In this document: piece by piece, positions 60,888 through 64,000 of the stretch
Layout of the letters: the number at the start of each line of letters is the position of its first letter
How positions within the stretch are numbered: position 1 is the stretch's first letter
Origin: Eledone cirrhosa
Lineage: Eukaryota
DNA length: 64,000 bases
NCBI GenBank assembly: GCA_964016885.1
Contig: OZ024743.1
Location: 58,218,001-58,282,000, forward strand
Direction: 5' to 3'
Made by a program: the position numbers and the translations under genes
The notes under the pieces: model-generated
The model's input: only the letters and a program-made list of their open reading frames with translations
Databases searched by the model: none
What the model was told of the DNA's origin: nothing

Positions 60888-62438
60888 CTAGCAGTGGTAC
60901 CTGGCGTTGCACGGGATAAGGTATTTTCGAACGCGGGCCGCCAACAGACATAATCGTGGAAAAACTGCATTCCTGGACAATATGTAAAGAAAATAAACCG
61001 AATACACTGTGGCTGGATAATCTTTAAAGTTTTCCTCGATGAAGCAGGAAAAATGCAGATTTTCAACTAATGCGGGCCCTAGGGGATCAAGAAAATGAAT
61101 TTTTGTTGTGTGCATAATATGCTTTGAAATTTCGGGACAATCGGCTAGAGGTAACGCCTCCAAAAAGCCCTAAAAAGCTGAACAAATGTGTTTTTTTACC
61201 TAATGCGTGCCCTAGGCCATAAAAAAGTTGAATTTTCTTTGCTCAGGGCATGAAGAAAAGACTGACTAATACATAGTTACAATTTCTAGGAAATCGGTCT
61301 GACTTAACGCCTCAAAAAACCCCTAAAATCTTAAAAAACGCAGTTTTTTACCTAATGCGGGCCCTAGGAGATCAAGATGTTGAATTTTTTATGTGCATAA
61401 TACTCCCTAAAGCATAAGTAATACACATGCACAGTTTGAAAAAAATCGGTATGTACTTCTCGAGTTTTAGGGATTCAAACTCACAGACACACACACACGC
61501 ACATACACAGACAGACATCCTCAGGGAAGTGACGTACGTAATGCAGACAAACAGACATACAGACATATATTATAAGGGCGCGACGTTATATGTATCTATC
61601 TAAAAAGAGAAAGACTAAGAATTATAGAGAGAGATCGCTAAATCGCCTAATGCGGTCCCTAGGCCATTGAAAATTTGAAATCCTTTTTGCTCACAACACT
61701 CCCTGAAACATAAGTATTACATGTGTAAAGTTTGAAAAGAGTCGGTTGAGTGGTTCTAGAGGTTTAGGGATTCAAACTCACACACACACAGACAGACATC
61801 CTCAGTTTTATATATATATACTAGCAGAAAACCACCCGGTGGGCGGTTTTCTGATAGCAAATCTAGTGTATATACTGATATTGTTGAGATTTGGATGAGA
61901 AATGTTTTCGCCACCACATGTTCAGCATCTCTCGGTGTGTCTTTTATGCATGTATAAATATATATGTTATCTATACGGTGAAGTCTTTGAAATATATATA
62001 TGTTAAAACGAAAAAGGAGAAAAAGAGATTAGTGACGGAAATATAAAATTTATGATACATAAACGTTATGATATAACGATGGAAATATATCTTCAAATGG
62101 TCTTTGGCATGGTGTCAAGTCAGAACCGCCTCGAACTGGTTACTTCTGGCTTGTGCAATGTGTCTCTATATCTATAGCAACCAGCGATTCCCTCGGCCTC
62201 AGTGACCAAAGTCAGTGGAGAGGGGAAGGTAATGTTTCTATAGCGACAGTGTTTCTCTTGGTACTACCAAAGTGGAGAAATGAAGGGGAAGGTAATATTT
62301 CTGTAGCACCTACATTTGAGTTTTAGGGAAGGTCAGGCAGACAGACAGACAAACAGACAAACAGAGAAATGGCCATATATTTCTGTGTGTGTATATATAT
62401 ATATATATATTACACACACAGAAATGTATATATATTTC

Positions 62439-62471
<33 letters not shown>

Positions 62472-63146
62472 TACACACACAGAAATGTATATATATTTCT
62501 GTGTATGTATATATATATATATTACTCACACAGAAATGTATATATATTTCTTAGAACAACATTATTATTAATGGTTTGCTGTTCATAACAATTGGAATTG
62601 AAAAATTACATTTGAAATTATTAGTTATTTTACTAATGCTTAGATATGTAAAAATGAAGCAATGTTTCTAATAATTGTTTCTACTTTTGGCACAAGGCCA
62701 TCAATTCTCCAGTACATTACTGGTACTTTATTTTATCGACCCCGTGAGGATGAAAGGCAAAGTTAACCTCGGCGGTATTTGAACTCAGACCGTAAAGGGA
62801 CGTAACTCCATGCTATGAAGCATGGTGTCCGACTCTCTACAGATTCTGCCAATCCACCGCCCTAATGTCTGTACGTAATGAGGGAGTGAGAGGGGAGAGG
62901 AAGAAAGGCAGAGGTGAAGTGACGAAGTGACTCTCTCTTCCTCCTCCTCCTCCCCCATCTCCCCATTCGTCACAGCGATAGAGGGGAGGAATGTTAGTGT
63001 GTTACAAAGAGAAAGAGTGAGAGTGGGAGATACAGACAGACTAAAAGAGAGGGATAGCTGGAGAGAGAGAGAGATAGCAACCCCGCGCTCACGTGTTTCC
63101 ACTGTCAGACAGACAGAGAAATTGCTGGTTATATATTATAAGGAGA
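60888..63146 (-). mobile_element. Composite non-autonomous Helitron (B+A), copy 2, in intron 2 of gene 2
   Basis: Same termini and internal SINE as 41739-44800, with different flanks. Confidence 0.75.
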
Positions 63147-63229
63147 TATGGATATAGATATGATATAAAAGAAATTACCCCTAAATCAGTTAATGTTTCA
63201 CGACGTATTCCCCAATATTTTATGATAAT

Positions 63230-63415
63230 ATTTGTTTCTATTTAAGGCACAAGGCCAGCAATTACCCAGTACATTACTGGTAATTTGTTTTATCGACCCC
63301 GTAAGGATGAAAGGCAAAGTTAAACTCGGCAGGATTTGAACTCAGATCGTAAAGGGACGTAACTATGCTGGAAAGCATGTCTGACCCTCTACCGATACTG
63401 CCAATTCACCGCCCT
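63230..63415 (-). mobile_element. tRNA-derived SINE, near full length
   Basis: Reverse complement of the 23635-23810 family. Confidence 0.8.
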
Positions 63416-63896
63416 ATTTTATTATAATATTGATTATTAATAGTTATAAAGAAAATATCAAGTACAATAACATATAATGTTCTCTCACCAATTATAATGC
63501 CATAAATCAAATCAAGATATAAGCTTACTGAAATGAATAAGAGTAAGTGCAAGAAGGGAATTTACTCAGGATCATATTGGTAATGTTATCAATTGGCCAA
63601 CACAAAGAAAACATGAGCAAACATGTCTCCTTGCTTGATACCTGCGACAATATTGTTGGCAGAGATGAGCTTACTTGGTGACCCATAAAAGAAGAATTTC
63701 TGCTTTCACCCTTTTACAGGATCTTTTGTATATATATAGGAAAATCTGCTTCGTTGAATCGAGACGTATCCGTCGACCGTGTTGATTTCAGACTCAGGTG
63801 TGATCACCATATCGATCGTGCCTCGAGCTGGTCGCCCGAGAAACAAGTGTAATATGCCCAATAAATTCCTTGCGTTGCAACACTGATTCTCTTTTT

Positions 63897-63937
<41 letters not shown>

Positions 63938-64000
63938 TTTTTGCTACAATATTTTCTATACCTTTCATTTATATATATATATAGATATATATACGATATT

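Overview
AT-rich, microsatellite-dense eukaryotic genomic DNA. The repeat landscape suggests an octopus/coleoid cephalopod (inference). Host genes: two tandem, same-strand (+) aromatic L-amino-acid decarboxylase (DDC/AADC-like, PLP-dependent group II) genes. Gene 1 contributes its last five coding exons (16011-27257). Gene 2 contributes its first two coding exons (50879-51082, 60316-60429) and has unusual substitutions in the substrate-pocket motif (NVVISW for CIGFSW). The rest is mostly transposon-derived: several Penelope-like elements (PLEs; one nearly intact RT+GIY-YIG ORF, plus Naiad-like fragments), a stack of L1/Tx1-type LINEs, an R4/Dong-type fragment, a Tc1/mariner relic, autonomous-derived and non-autonomous Helitrons, and many tRNA-derived SINEs. 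A hidden layer is about a dozen minimal hammerhead-ribozyme (HHR) motifs. These lie in foldback/palindromic elements and in a ~430-nt unit found in two circularly permuted copies, one in an intron of each decarboxylase gene. Most ORFs in the supplied track are microsatellite artefacts. Alignments and folds were done by eye, so repeat boundaries are approximate.
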